A stretch of 53,976 bases of DNA, filler included, from Basidioascus undulatus (Eukaryota), in assembly GCA_000826855.1 (NCBI GenBank). It is 3 parts of 3 records of this genome, joined end to end, with 100 filler letters (N's around TTAATTAATTAA, not from the genome) between each part and the next. Parts side by side here need not be neighbours in the genome. Positions count along the whole stretch, not along the records: positions 18,035 to 35,963 come from JTLS01000500.1; positions 36,064 to 53,976 come from JTLS01000501.1; 1 more part is not named here. The stretch is one strand, 5' to 3'. The position numbers and the translations under genes are program-made. The notes beneath the pieces were generated by a model. It had not been told where the DNA came from and made no database searches. It worked only from the letters and a program-made list of their open reading frames with translations. Positions 29,346 through 40,988 of this stretch are shown here, piece after piece. Within the stretch, counting starts at the first letter, position 1, and every line of letters starts with the position of its first letter.

Positions 29346-30527
29346 ATGACCTCTCACATCGACCGCGTCGCCTCGGACGTTCTCTCGCACATTTTCGGAC
29401 TGGCCACCTCGTCGAGCCAGTTCATATCTGCATCGAGACAGGAGAGGAAGGGTGGGATTATGCGCCAGTGGCCACCACGAAACGTACGAGGCTCTCTCTG
29501 GTTCGCGTCTGCAAAGTATGGAAGGTGCGCCAGCCCATTTCGTTCAACTTGCGCTCGTGGCTCACGACGGCGAGCCTTCACCCGCACACAGTCCTCAGCC
29601 GAGCCCTTCCTATATCGCGAGCTCAACCTTGGGTCGGACTCCGAGATGGCCGCCGGTCTCTTCGCACTTGGCTGCTCGTCCTGGCGCGGGCGCCCTCATC
29701 CTTGACGATTGCAATGGCAAGCACGATGCCATTCGGGAGGCGTCCCTCTATCTATTCCCGCACCTGACCAACCGCCGCATCTTTTTCTTGCGGAGCCTCA
29801 CCCAACCCACTTTCTCGATGTGGTCCGCTCTCCGCTCGACGGCGGCATCCACGCTTCGGGTCTTGTACGCCCGACGGACCCAGCGCCTCGGCGACGACTT
29901 CAGCTGGGCGTGCGCCGCAGAATCTTCAATACGTTCCCGAACCTCAAGTCCTCCGCGTCGAGCACGTCAAAGTGACCAGAACGCAGGCGCGACACCTCGC
30001 ACCCGGTGGCTTGCGCCTCGCCATGCTTCGCACACTCGACCTCAAAGTCTGGTTCTCGCCCGAGCAGGCCCTCGCGCTTCTCGGGGACGCCGAACTGCCA
30101 CGTTTTCGCGACCTCTAGCTTACGACCTTTGGCGTCAAGTCCGCATTCGTCGCGCCCCTCATTGCTCGGGCGAGGGCCAACCTCCGGCGTCTCGACGCAC
30201 GCTTGCCTCCCGAAATCGTGAACTCGCTCGCCTCCCACTGCCCTCGCCTTCTCGAGCTCGCAATCGCCCCATCGGACTCGAAAGCTCGAGACCATCTGGC
30301 TCGACAGTAACGACTTCAGCGACCCGGCGCCGATCAAGATGGTGCAGGGCATGGAACGCGAGAGCGTGCCGAGGCTGAGGACGATCGTGGCTAAGGGGGA
30401 GTATGGTGGCGGCGCGGATGACGATGTCGTGGGGTGGGCGCAGGAAATGGTGGCGGGTGCGCGCCGGCTCGGAGTGCCGTTGGTGGGACCCGACTGGGAG
30501 GACATCCACCCATGCAATTTCAAGTGA
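29346..30527 (+). pseudogene. F-box/leucine-rich-repeat protein pseudogene (copy 2)
   Basis: MTSHIDRVASDVLSHIFGLA, then a frameshift to RTRLSLVRVCKVWK, an intron, and AEPFLYRELNL. LRR pieces FPHLTNRRIF, TLRVLY, FPNLK and VPRLRTIV are scattered over three frames. Confidence 0.75.
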
Positions 30528-31102
30528 CGAGTTGCGCCGCAGGCCAAAGACTTTTCAGAATTGCTTTCAGACCTGCCTTTCGTGACGTCGCGCTGTGTGC
30601 CTGGAGGTCGCAGGAGAAGCAGAAGGCGGCGCAGCGAACATGGGCGACGTCTTGCTTTCACATACGCAACAGCAATTGGTCCGAACGGACACCGCAACAC
30701 CCAGACTGTAGATGGACAAGAGCGGTGCTTTGCATCACGAAGAGAGCCTCGTCGTGACCTCTGCGCGGAGGGCGGCGCTCTGGCATGGCAACTGGGCGAG
30801 AGCGACAGTGACGAAACGGAATACAGGCACGTAATCAAGTGTACTTTGGGCAAACGAGTTTGGGAACTGTTTTGTAGACGACATGATGAAGTCCTCTCGC
30901 CGCCCTCCCCCCGACGCCACTGGACCCAGTGTCTTTCCTTTTCAACCTGTCTCCTTTCTCTCACCACACAACGCACACCCGCACACTCACAAACCACGCC
31001 CGCAGCACACGCACACGCAAACCAGAGAAAGCGGCATCATCAACCACAAGCGAGTGCATCCCGCCGCCCGGCCCTGTCCCGAGCAGCCGTACATGGACGC
31101 GC

Positions 31103-33248
31103 TTACTTAAAGTTCTTGCCTGACCGTCATCGATAGACCCGTCAGTTCAGAGCAGGGTTCGCGTGCGCAGGAAGGAGAAAAACACGCACCGTCGACCCAC
31201 TCCTTCCCGTCGACAACAAGGTCCCACGCCATCGCGCCCTCGAAGAACGCCTTGTCCTCCGCTTTAGCAATCAACCCACCAGCAATGTCAGCGACCCGGA
31301 ACAGCAGGACGGGGAGATGGGGATGGAGCGGGAGAGAAAGAGGAAGAAGATAAAGAGAGGGATGGTGAACGCACGCTTGGAAAGGTCGAGCGGAGTGTAG
31401 GTGTACGACTCCCAGTCGGGCGCGACGGAGACGACGGGCTCGATCTCCTTGCCGCGGCCGACGAAGACACCGGTGATGATCGAGTCGTTGCTCTTGCCGA
31501 GGACACCAACGGAGCCGAAGAGGTACTTGCGGGATGCCTCGAGGCGGTTGAAGAAGCCACCGATCTCTGCGAAGCGCGAGCAACGTCAGCAATGGCGATT
31601 TGGATTCAGGTAGGATAGGGTGAACGCACGGTTGTTGGACATGAAGGTCATGGTGAGCTCCTCGTTGTACTTGAAGTCAACACGGGCAATCCAGTATCCC
31701 TCGGAGTCGAAGCTGCAGCACACACACCCCGGTCAGCGCTATGCAACATGAAGGACGCAAGTCGGCGACGAGACGCACTTCTGGTAGAACCACGCAAGGG
31801 AGTGCTTCGACGGGTCCTCGCCGCGGGTGTCGAGGTTGGAGTACTGGCGCTTCCACTCGTCGAGGATGAAGCTCGACTTGGGGAGGGAGTCGAGCGGGTT
31901 CTGTGTGGGCGAGAGCCGAGTCAGCGATGTCTGCCCCGAGCATTCCTCGCCCGAAGAAACGAGGGACGCACCTTCTCCTTCGGGAGCGCAGGGACGGCCT
32001 CCTCCTCCTCCTCCTTAGGCGCAGCCTTAGGCTTCTCCTCCTTCTTCTCCGCCTTGGGCTTCTCGGCCTTCTCCGCCTTGGGCTTGGCGTCCTTCTTGGG
32101 GGTCTGGAGGACGAAGGTGTCGAGGTACTGGACGGCGCCGAACGCCTCCTTCACCGACGGCTGGTTGACGACGGTCTCGAAGTAGCGGACAACGTTGGGG
32201 AACTTGGCGCGGAAGGCCTTGTCGAGCGTCTGCTGGAACGCGAAGAGCAGGACGGACGCGACGGTGATGTCCGCGAGCGAGAGGCGGTCTGCGACGAGGA
32301 AGGTCGACGTCTGGAGGACGGTCTCGAGCGTCTTGAGCGTCGACTCGGCGCGCTGGAAGGCGGCGTCGGCGGCCTGGAGGGCAAGCGGAATCGCAGTGAG
32401 CAAGAAGAACGGCGATGGAGGTGTGGGAGGCGAGTGACGCACGTTCTTGTTGAATTGGACGTAGCCGAAGTTCATGTACGCCGGCTGAGAGACGGGGGGG
32501 GAGAGGTCGGTGTCGGCGTAGGCGACCCACTGCTGGATCGCGGCAGCCTCTTTGGTGGAGCGGCCGAGGAGAGCAGCGTTGTCAGAGAGGGAGGCGACTG
32601 TTCGAAGATCCGGCGAATGAAGAAGTCAGCCACAGTGCGCCAGGATACGATTTCGGGAATGTGCATGGCAGTGCGAATGGCTCAGATAAAAAGTACCACG
32701 TGAAAGTCTCGACAGAGTGAGATTAAGACAGGGATAACTGAAAAGTTGATATATCATCCTTGAGATGGGAATGCCAGCGCAGAGTGCCTCGGGACAGCGT
32801 GACTGTCCGCCAGCATGCCTCGCCTCGCCTCGCACCGCTTCCGCTTCCACCTTATCTCGTATGAAGGACCCAGACTGACGGTAGTACGCAATGGCGGACG
32901 TCTGGGAGACTGTGAAGCCGTCGGTGCCCTCGAAAGCGGGAACCTGGCCCTGCAGTCCCCAATCCGCATCCGTCTCATCAGCCCGAGCTCAATCTGCAGC
33001 GCAAGGACGCAAGCGTACAGCAGGGAACTTGGCGAGGTACTCGGGAGTCTTGTTGGTGACGCCCATCTGGAAGGAGGGGTCGACCTCGACCTTGAGGCCG
33101 TTCGCCGCAGCGACGGCAACCGCCTGCCAGCAGCCCGGAAGGGATCAGTCCCGGCCTACCCCAGCGGAAAAGCAGCGTATTCGGCGAAACGCACGCGAAG
33201 GGCACGGTGGTTGTTGGGGTAAGTGTAAAGCTTGCCAACGGACGCCAT
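31103..33248 (-). CDS. TEF4: Translation elongation factor 1B gamma (GST-like N-domain plus EF1G domain), multi-exon
   Basis: NKTPEYLAKFP..GQVPAFEGTDGF, TFLVADRLSLADI, KAFRAKFPNVVRYFETVVNQP, NPLDSLPKSSFILDEWKRQYSNLDTR, FKYNEELTMTFMSNNQIGGFFNRLEASRKYLFG and VAPDWESY; ends DGKNFK*. Confidence 0.96.
32678..32764 (-). ncRNA. snR38: Intronic box C/D snoRNA, snR38/SNORD1-type (25S rRNA 2'-O-methylation guide)
   Basis: Lies in intron 32598-32879. Box C AGGATGA (32760-32754), 13-nt guide CAGTTATCCCTGT (32740-32728) complementary to conserved LSU rRNA ACAGGGAUAACUG, D' CTTA (32727-32724), box D CTGA (32685-32682). Stem II extends as UGAUA/UAUCU. Confidence 0.9.
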
Positions 33249-33919
33249 GGCTACGATGGAAAACAAGGACGAGGAGGAGATGGAGGGTGGTGGGGACGAG
33301 GAAGACGCCCTTTCGCTTTTTCGACTCCTCCTCGCGCGGCACCTTGGGTTAGTTTCCAGTGCAAGTGCGTGCCTGGCACTGAAACGTCTTCCCTTCCGCA
33401 TCGAGAGCATGACAAACCGTGTCTTCTTTCCGAAAATAATCCCGGACTATGAGCTACCACTCACTTGCAGGAGGTCGAAGGCATGGCCCACAAAGCGCGA
33501 GCCTGGCGCATACTCGCACATGCATGCCTCTCCTGTCCGGTGGAATCGGAGAGAGTGAGGAGTGCATGAACATCGAGGGCTTCTTTTCTCAAGAATAAGG
33601 TCTGTTTATTTTTTGAGCAAGTTGGTGGATGCACATCAGCTGTAAGAAGTTGAGAAATGCTGTGTGCAGTCCGCATAGTCAAACCGCCAAACAGCTTGGC
33701 CGCGTTGGGACGAACTGAGCAACTGATGAGTCGGGTCTATAGTCCGGTACTCTCAGGCCATCTCCTAGTGCGGCCCAGCTGAGGAGAACCCTTGCCTGCG
33801 AGGACTGGCGGCACGGACGAGCACTCCAGGCGCCGGCGCTGCACCGACTACAGTGCGTCCCCCCTGCCCTTCTCCCCACCGCCCCTCCCACCCATCCATC
33901 ACCCATTCATGTCCCAAAC

Positions 33920-34293
33920 CAGCCCGTTCATCTAAACAAAATTTTTTAGAAGGCTCTACGCGGTTCCCCACCAATGGGCGGGTACGCGGGGGTTTTAGAC
34001 AGGAGAGCCGACATGTCACAGCGGGGTCAGACGGGTCCTGTGGAGCAGATGCACTGGGGGACCATCCGTCACGGAGTGGTACGACACTCGGATCACCCCT
34101 ATACGGCGTGTCCGGGCCAGGACCGACTCCGCCCCAGGCTCGCGCCCGCGCTGACCCGAGTGTGCCCGCCGGAGCCCGGAGAAAGGGGAATAAAGGGGAG
34201 GGATGGATGCTGTGAAGGCTAACGATGTGATCCACACCATCAAGTATAGAAGGATGGTAGGGGAGCCGATGAAAATCAAAGGCAGCCCGTTCA
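33920..34293. other. GC-rich structured segment bounded by 11-bp direct repeats (possible insertion or ncRNA)
   Basis: CAGCCCGTTCA at 33920-33930 and 34283-34293. 12-bp inverted repeat at 34084-34095/34152-34163. Hairpin at 34061-34080. Confidence 0.35.
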
Positions 34294-35963
34294 GCCGGAG
34301 GAGGTGGTGGTGGTCGGTGGGAGAGAGGCGAGTGCCAATTGAGCGCGTTGATCGTGAAACGCGGGGTCGCCGGCAAAGCCGTTACCTCGAGCGTGAAGGA
34401 GGATGCTTCTCTACTACAATCAAAGATAGATATAAGTCTTTATGAAATGCTCTGCACCAGCGTCCGTATGCTGCAGAGCTGCGGCCTGATGCGAACCTCG
34501 TGTTGGCGGTGGACAGCAGGCGGGCGTATGGGCTTTCACAGGCTTCGAGCGCATTGACTGGTCTCTCATTGACTTGTCTCTGAAGGTCTTAAGAATGTCA
34601 CACATGAACAGAGCATTACTGTAGAGGTTTGTTCAGACATCAGGCCAATTGGTAACATGAAAATGCTCCGGCATGTGTCAACCTCGGCCAGGTGGTGCGG
34701 ACGATTCACCTCATGGACTACGAAAGCAACACAGACGAATCTACAGATGCGAATCATATATATAGCTGGATGTACCAGGTTATATCAGTCCATTATTATT
34801 CGGCTGCCATCCAGTCAGAATGCCGTGTCACATGCCGTGCTCCACTGTTCCTGCAACAGCCTACCTCCCACAGACCGCGAGAAAAAACACTGCATATAGA
34901 TACCGTATAATCCGAGTGAATTTTCATGAACTTTTATGAATACTCAAGTGGAGACGGAGCTTGCACTGTACAGAGAAGCCATGCCAGAAAGATGGGGAGG
35001 CAGCTCTCGGCGCAGGCCGCACACCTGTACTACATTTCCCCCCCACCTGTGTATCGTCTACAACAACCTTGGAGATTCATCATGGGCGGATTGCTCAAGG
35101 TTCTTTGTATTCACCATGAATGCTGTAAGGAGTAGGTAAGGCGGCGGGTATTCGCTCTATGTCGGACAAATCTTGAAGCACATATCGACTGCACTGACAC
35201 GGTGAAAGGCGGTTACCGCAGGCTGCCCTACAGGTTGGCATAAAAGGGGGGTACAACAAAAGGAAGCAGGCTCTTTTAGACGGGCCTGGACTATTCCATT
35301 TCTGGCCTGCAACCGGGCAGCTGCCAGACATGCTTTGACTCGCCGAGAGCGCATAATCACACCCCACTCCTCGTTTGACCTCCATCAGAGCCAATAGATA
35401 ATCCCTGAGTCTCCACATTCACGGCGGGCTCAAGCACGGTGGGCTGGCACACCACGAATCGTGTAACTCAATTTCCATGGTGGGGCTCCTGCTCGTAGGA
35501 AAAGAAATATGTCAGAGCCTTTGGGATAGATTTGAAAATGAGAAATAAAACACATCGCCCAGAAACGAAGTCTTCATCCAACGCTTTGTGGGCGTTCGCC
35601 AGAGTGTGCGGGTTGTGAACAGCAGCGTCAAGGCAAGGAGAGCGCCAGAAGTAGTGTCTCTGCTCCTGCCACCGGGGTCAACGGATACGCAGCCTGCACT
35701 GTGCCAATCGAAAACGTAAGAACTACCCTCAAGCAGCCCCACCGTTTCACGCCAAACTCATTGAAAAATACAAATAAAAATACTGTCAGTGCAAGTGCTC
35801 AATGCCTCCTTGTACTTAAAGAACGGCTTCGCGCGCCTCGTCGTCCAAGCCGTCCCTGCGCTCAATGACTAGACAACACACCCTGTTGCCGAGACATCCA
35901 ATTTAGAATAAGCCTCCGAAAGACGGCAACGCACTCTTCTCCATCCAGCAGCCGGTCCGCATA

Positions 35964-36063
35964 NNNNNNNNNNNNNNNNNNNNNNNNNNNNNNNNNNNNN
36001 NNNNNNNTTAATTAATTAANNNNNNNNNNNNNNNNNNNNNNNNNNNNNNNNNNNNNNNNNNNN
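35964..36063. other. Artificial scaffold spacer (44 N + TTAATTAATTAA + 44 N)
   Basis: Same 100-nt six-frame stop linker as at 17935. Confidence 0.98.
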
Positions 36064-36269
36064 GGCGGAGGGGGGGAAGGCATAGGGGATAGGATGCGGA
36101 GAGCGAGGATGCGGAGGTGCATGCGGGATGAGGGAAGGGTGAGAACGGACTGCCTTGCTATCCTCTGAGTTGGCTCGCTATTCATGGACGTCTATCGTAC
36201 TGAATCGGTCTTTCTCGTTTGGTTACTGGTTGCGAAAGGGATTTTGGACTTTTCAAGTGTCTTTTGTTT

Positions 36270-36900
36270 GACCTTATGCTCTTCAAGTGCACGCCGCGAC
36301 GGGACCCGTCTTGAGCTGCGGCGCAGGTCTCCGCCTCATCTTCTTGTTATTATCAGAGCGTCGGAGATGTTGCAAGACATGCTAGAGTCTTTGTCAAAGC
36401 CCTCGAGCTCGACGGTCGTCATGCATGAGAACCGTCCAAGTTCTCGCTCGATGGCTGCCCATCATCCGCACTGCAAGCTTTAATTTGTTTCCATAAGCCG
36501 TCCTTTTGCTCCTCCATATAGAACTTATAATAAATGCATAGGGCTGTTGACGCTCGCCGGAATGCCAACTTGTGCCGGTGCTGAAGCGACCGGACGCGCA
36601 GTCGACAGCAAACTTGCCCCTGCTTGACCGTCTAACCCTCTGGGACCTTGTTCTCGAGTATGCTTCCCGAAATTCTGGGTTCAAAAGAGCAGCTCCTGTA
36701 CAACCAGGTCCCCAGGCGCTTGCTCTGCATCGCATGCTTCCACCATGTGGCACTTATCTCTCAACTGGACGGCGCTCCGCCTTGCTCAGCCAACTGTACG
36801 GAGATGGCGATGCACACCAATTACGGGAGCTCATCCCAACTCAAATTCTTCTTGAACACACCGACAAGATGGGAGGGATGGGGCACCGCGAAGGGTGTAC
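36270..36900 (+). pseudogene. Probable decayed BTB/POZ-domain gene
   Basis: SARRDGTRLELRRR...ASEMLQDMLESLSKPSSSTVVMHE resembles the basidiomycete BTB pattern (SxDGxxFxxHRxxLxxASxxFxDM). The downstream frame is broken. Confidence 0.4.
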
Positions 36901-37256
36901 CCTGTAATAGTGCTCCGGATTGTTGCACCCAGCCTATGCCATGTGGCTCTTATCGCGGCTATGTAGACAGACGACTTTCGCCTGCCAATCCAGTGCACAT
37001 CGCTACATGTGGGAGACTGTCTCTTTTCTAGTGGTATGTGAGCGGAAGACAACCGGCAAAAGAGCGAGTGGTAGCAGAGCTTAGGGCACCGCACCTTTTC
37101 TCGCCGAGACAGTTTCTCGCTTATCAGCCCCAGCTCTCATCTGACGCCTATAAGAAAGGAGAACCTGGAATGTGAGCAGTGGTAAACCCCTCGACTGTAA
37201 AAGCTTTCCCCACGCAGCCTTTTTCAGTTTCTTCGAGGAACGTGGCTTCTTGCACG

Positions 37257-39760
37257 ATGTCTTTGGAAGATCGCCGCGCTGTAGAGCGCCGCATTGCTCG
37301 CAAGATTGACTGAGCCATCCTCCTTTGGGTCTATATGTAGTCTGGACACCTTTTACTTGGAATCGCTTTACTCACGCAATCTGCCTACTTTCAGGCGTTG
37401 CTTATCTTCTCACTATGTGAGCCTATTCCTCGTTACAAGATCTGCGCAGCGTACTGAAGGATGCATTTCGGTATATTTCAGCTGGATATGAGTGGGAGGT
37501 ACTTTCTAAAGACATTACCGCACGCTCAACAATGACATCCCTGAGCGACTATGGCCCAGCAACTCAACCTCATCAGCACTCGTCACAAATCCGTTGCTCT
37601 CACGATCGTCCCTAATTTTCTCATAGGACGCTGACTGAACTCAGGTGCAGCACTGTGGTCGGTACGTGTGCGCATGCTATAGCGGGTTCCGAAGACTGAT
37701 CATGACGAGGTGGTGTTCTGTTCACACCCTTGTTCTTCGTCTCCTACAGGATCTTCGAGTTTCCCTCCAAAACCCGCCCTGAAGTACTTTACGCCTAGCA
37801 AGTGGATCTCCCGTATCAGTAAGGCCCACGTGGAAGGCTGAACACCGAGCTGAAGGCCGCTCCGCAGTGATCTCCTGGGCTATCGTCACCATGGTACCCC
37901 TACCTTTTCAGCTTGTTGTTGCCGCATATGCGTCAGACCAGCCAAATCCAAACAGTGCACAGCGGCTGTCAAGAACTACGCCGGCATGATCGTAGTCCGT
38001 GTCATGCTCGGCGCCTGCGAAAGCGGTTTCTTCGTGAGCTGCCCACAACTCACTCGTCCATTTCATGCCATGCTGACGACCCAGCGGAACAGCCTGGTAT
38101 TTTTACCTGCGCTTCTGGAACTCCCGGCTGAGCGAGCGACTCGCATGAGCATCGACGCTGCCTTGGTTGCTGTGTGGGTAACATCAGGCAATTTCACGTT
38201 CGGCACTTCAGGCTGAACTACTTCCCTTTTTGTCGACAGAGCCGGTGGGGTCTGTTCGCCATCGGCGACGGATTCGTGAACGGCAAGGGAGGCCTGCACG
38301 GCTGGCAATGGCTGGTGCGTGATCTCTTCCCCACTGCAGGCTTGCTGAGTTTCCGGCACTGAAACCCCTGGACACACTTCCTCCTGGAAGGCATCCCCAT
38401 CCTCATCCTCGGCATCCTAATCTACTTCTTCCTCCCTGACTGTAAGCGCCTATCGTTCCCGTTAGCTGGGACCATCCTGACTGACGTCCATCCACAGTCC
38501 TCGAGACGGCCAAGTTCCTCACCCCCGAGGAAAAGGCTATCTGGATCGCTCGGCTCGGTCTGCACGTCCCCAAGATGTCCGACAAGCACTTTGATTTGCC
38601 GATATTGTAAGCCTTCTTGTTGGCTATGTCAGATAAGCGGATGCCAGTCCTGAACACACTCAATCCGATGGACGCAGAAACGCACAGTCACGAGCTGGAA
38701 GTTCTGGGTCTTCGCGTTGACGTACTTCTTTATTTCCAACACGTAGGTTCATGCAAGCCTGCATATCTCGTGGGGCTAACAGAGTTCCCTCCCTCCCTTG
38801 CGCAGGTTGAACGCCTTCTCCTGTAAGTCCAGTCCGCTGCAGGGAAGGCCAAGCTCGTCCGCTAATGAATTTGGAAGGTGTGCGCGTGTGGAGTCTTTGC
38901 CCCGACCATGTCAGGGACCTCGGGTATACGGGGTACAAGGACAGCTCCTGGTGCGTGGTTCCACCGCTTCCTTCCCTCGCTTGGTGCTCATCGCTGGGTG
39001 CATATTCCAGACCGTCCCACCCAATGTCTTCGGGTAAGCAAAGACATTCGGATCCTCACCTTGAAGCAAACAGAGAGTAATCTCCGGGGGCACGCACAGA
39101 TTCTTCGTCATCATCGCCAACCCGATGTGGTCCGACCGGCGAAAGGAGCGTTGCAAGGTGAGCACCTGGACCGCGACAGCATTTTCTGACAATGGAAGCA
39201 CAAGGGCAATAATGGGTTCAAAGCACATTCTTTGGGGCCTGGGCATGTTCATGCTAGGCTATCTCTTGCTCGCTGTAGTCCACGGTGTGGGCGGTCGTTA
39301 CGTCGGACTGTGCTTCATCGCCTGCGCCAACTCGGCAACCGTACCTTTCATGGGCATACGTGTCACACTGCAGCACCCCCTTGTCCCTTCAGTGCCTCCA
39401 TTCCCATTGACGGTCTCTCCCATGACACAGTACCGAGCCGCCACCGTCTCCCGCTTCACGGCAACGATGATCGCGACCTCGGGCCTAAACGCGCTCTCCA
39501 AAATCGCGCGCATCTGCACCACTTACCTCTTCCCCTCCTCGGTCAGCCCGCAGTACCTCATGGGTTGCTGGACGCTTTTCGTCTTCTTGGGGTGCGCGGC
39601 GGGCCTCACGTGCTTGCTTTGGTTCATGCTTGGCTCGAGCGCGGAGTACCAGATGGGCGGGAAGGAGGAGGGGGAGGAGGGGGAGATGGAGATTGAGAAC
39701 AGGGATGGGAAGAAGGTGGAGTGCGTTGAGTTGGGGGTGAATGTGAGGGCTGTTGTGTAG
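37257..39760 (+). pseudogene. MFS transporter, anion:cation symporter (Dal5/Tna1 allantoate-permease-like) pseudogene
   Basis: ERRIARKID*AIL has an in-frame TGA at 37311-37313. IFEFPS is followed by a +1 frameshift (~37770) into LKYFTPSKWISRI. Other motifs: KNYAGMIVVRVMLGACESGFF, GLHGWQW, FLLEGIP, FFLPD..ETAKFLTPEEK and WSDRRKER. Confidence 0.85.
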
Positions 39761-40988
39761 GTGCTAGAGCGAGCGTTCGGGCGCCCCAAAACCGTGGGCT
39801 GCGGTGTAACGTGGTCGGATGGTCTTTCTTGGTTTTTCCTATGCTTCCTAATACACTTGGATCCTTTATTTTCTCACGCCAACGGCAGTAACTGTTCAGG
39901 AGTACCCCCCGACTTTGAGCGTCTGCTCACGCCGGAAGTCTACAGTGTCACCCTCCTTAAGGCTGGCTACTGGCCAACTTACTATTCAAGGCGATATACC
40001 CGGCATATTACAGGAATCTTTTAAGTTGACTACCACGTCAGTCAGTCTAGCAGAAGGCAGCCGGATGATGCCCATTCGTGAGTGGTCGGCCGGGTAGGAG
40101 TGGCACGGAGTGCTGAAGGCGGCCGACATTCAAGTAGATGACTGCTGATAGTTGGAGGAGCTTTGTAGGTCCTCTAGAAACATCTTCCATCAAAAGCTTT
40201 TCGACGACGGACATAGCGCAACGCTGAGGCCGACGCGTTCTCACTGAGATGATGCCGTCCGTATGGTCATTGGTCACACTCATACTGCCGCATAGTGATG
40301 TTTCTTACAATGTCTGAAATGATTGAGTCAGAAGTATACAATTCTGCTCCTCCACAAGATATGCATTCGAAAGCGAATTTCAACCTCAATTCGGCTCCCT
40401 CGATCGCGCTTGCAGTGCTCCTCGCCCCATCGGCTCTTTCGTCAGGCCCTTGCCTTTCCCAGCGGTCGCGCACGCGTATGCGTCCATGTAAAGCTACAAA
40501 GTTTCATGCCTTTTCGAGTGATAGCGCCTGAGCATATCTCTAGTGAAGCTGCAGCTGCATGAACCGAACGCGAAGATTGGGCGAACGCGTGCCCGACGCG
40601 TCTTCTTTCTTTTTTTCTGCAAATGGAGCGGAACATCAGGGTTTCGAAGACAAAAGGCCCTCCGCTAAGGCCGATATGAAGCGCGAGGGAGGGCCGAAAT
40701 GAGTAGATGTTGTAGGTGTGTACTTTGTACTGTAGCATAGTAGGCCGCCCGCCTCCTTTGACCTTGGTCGGGTCACGCTTCCTTTCCCGCTCACCATCTG
40801 CACATTCACCCGATCCCTGCCCTTGCCGTCGCACACCGCAGTCTTCTTCCATCGCCACGACGAGCACGACGTGTTTAACGCGCTCATAGACTCTCGCGTC
40901 GCCGTCGGTTACAAGTGCTGCACCCTCCCCTCCTTCTCACGCGACTTCCAGCCGACGCGCTGCACCGCACGCCCTTTGTACGATCCCC

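Noticed and set aside
33709..33760. CTGATGAG preceded by GACGAA, resembling a hammerhead ribozyme core
   Set aside because: No GAAA after a stem II, and too little sequence for stems I and III in the permuted form.
34400..35960. Possible transposon remnant
   Set aside because: Only short broken ORFs; no transposase, RT, integrase, TIR or LTR signature recognised.
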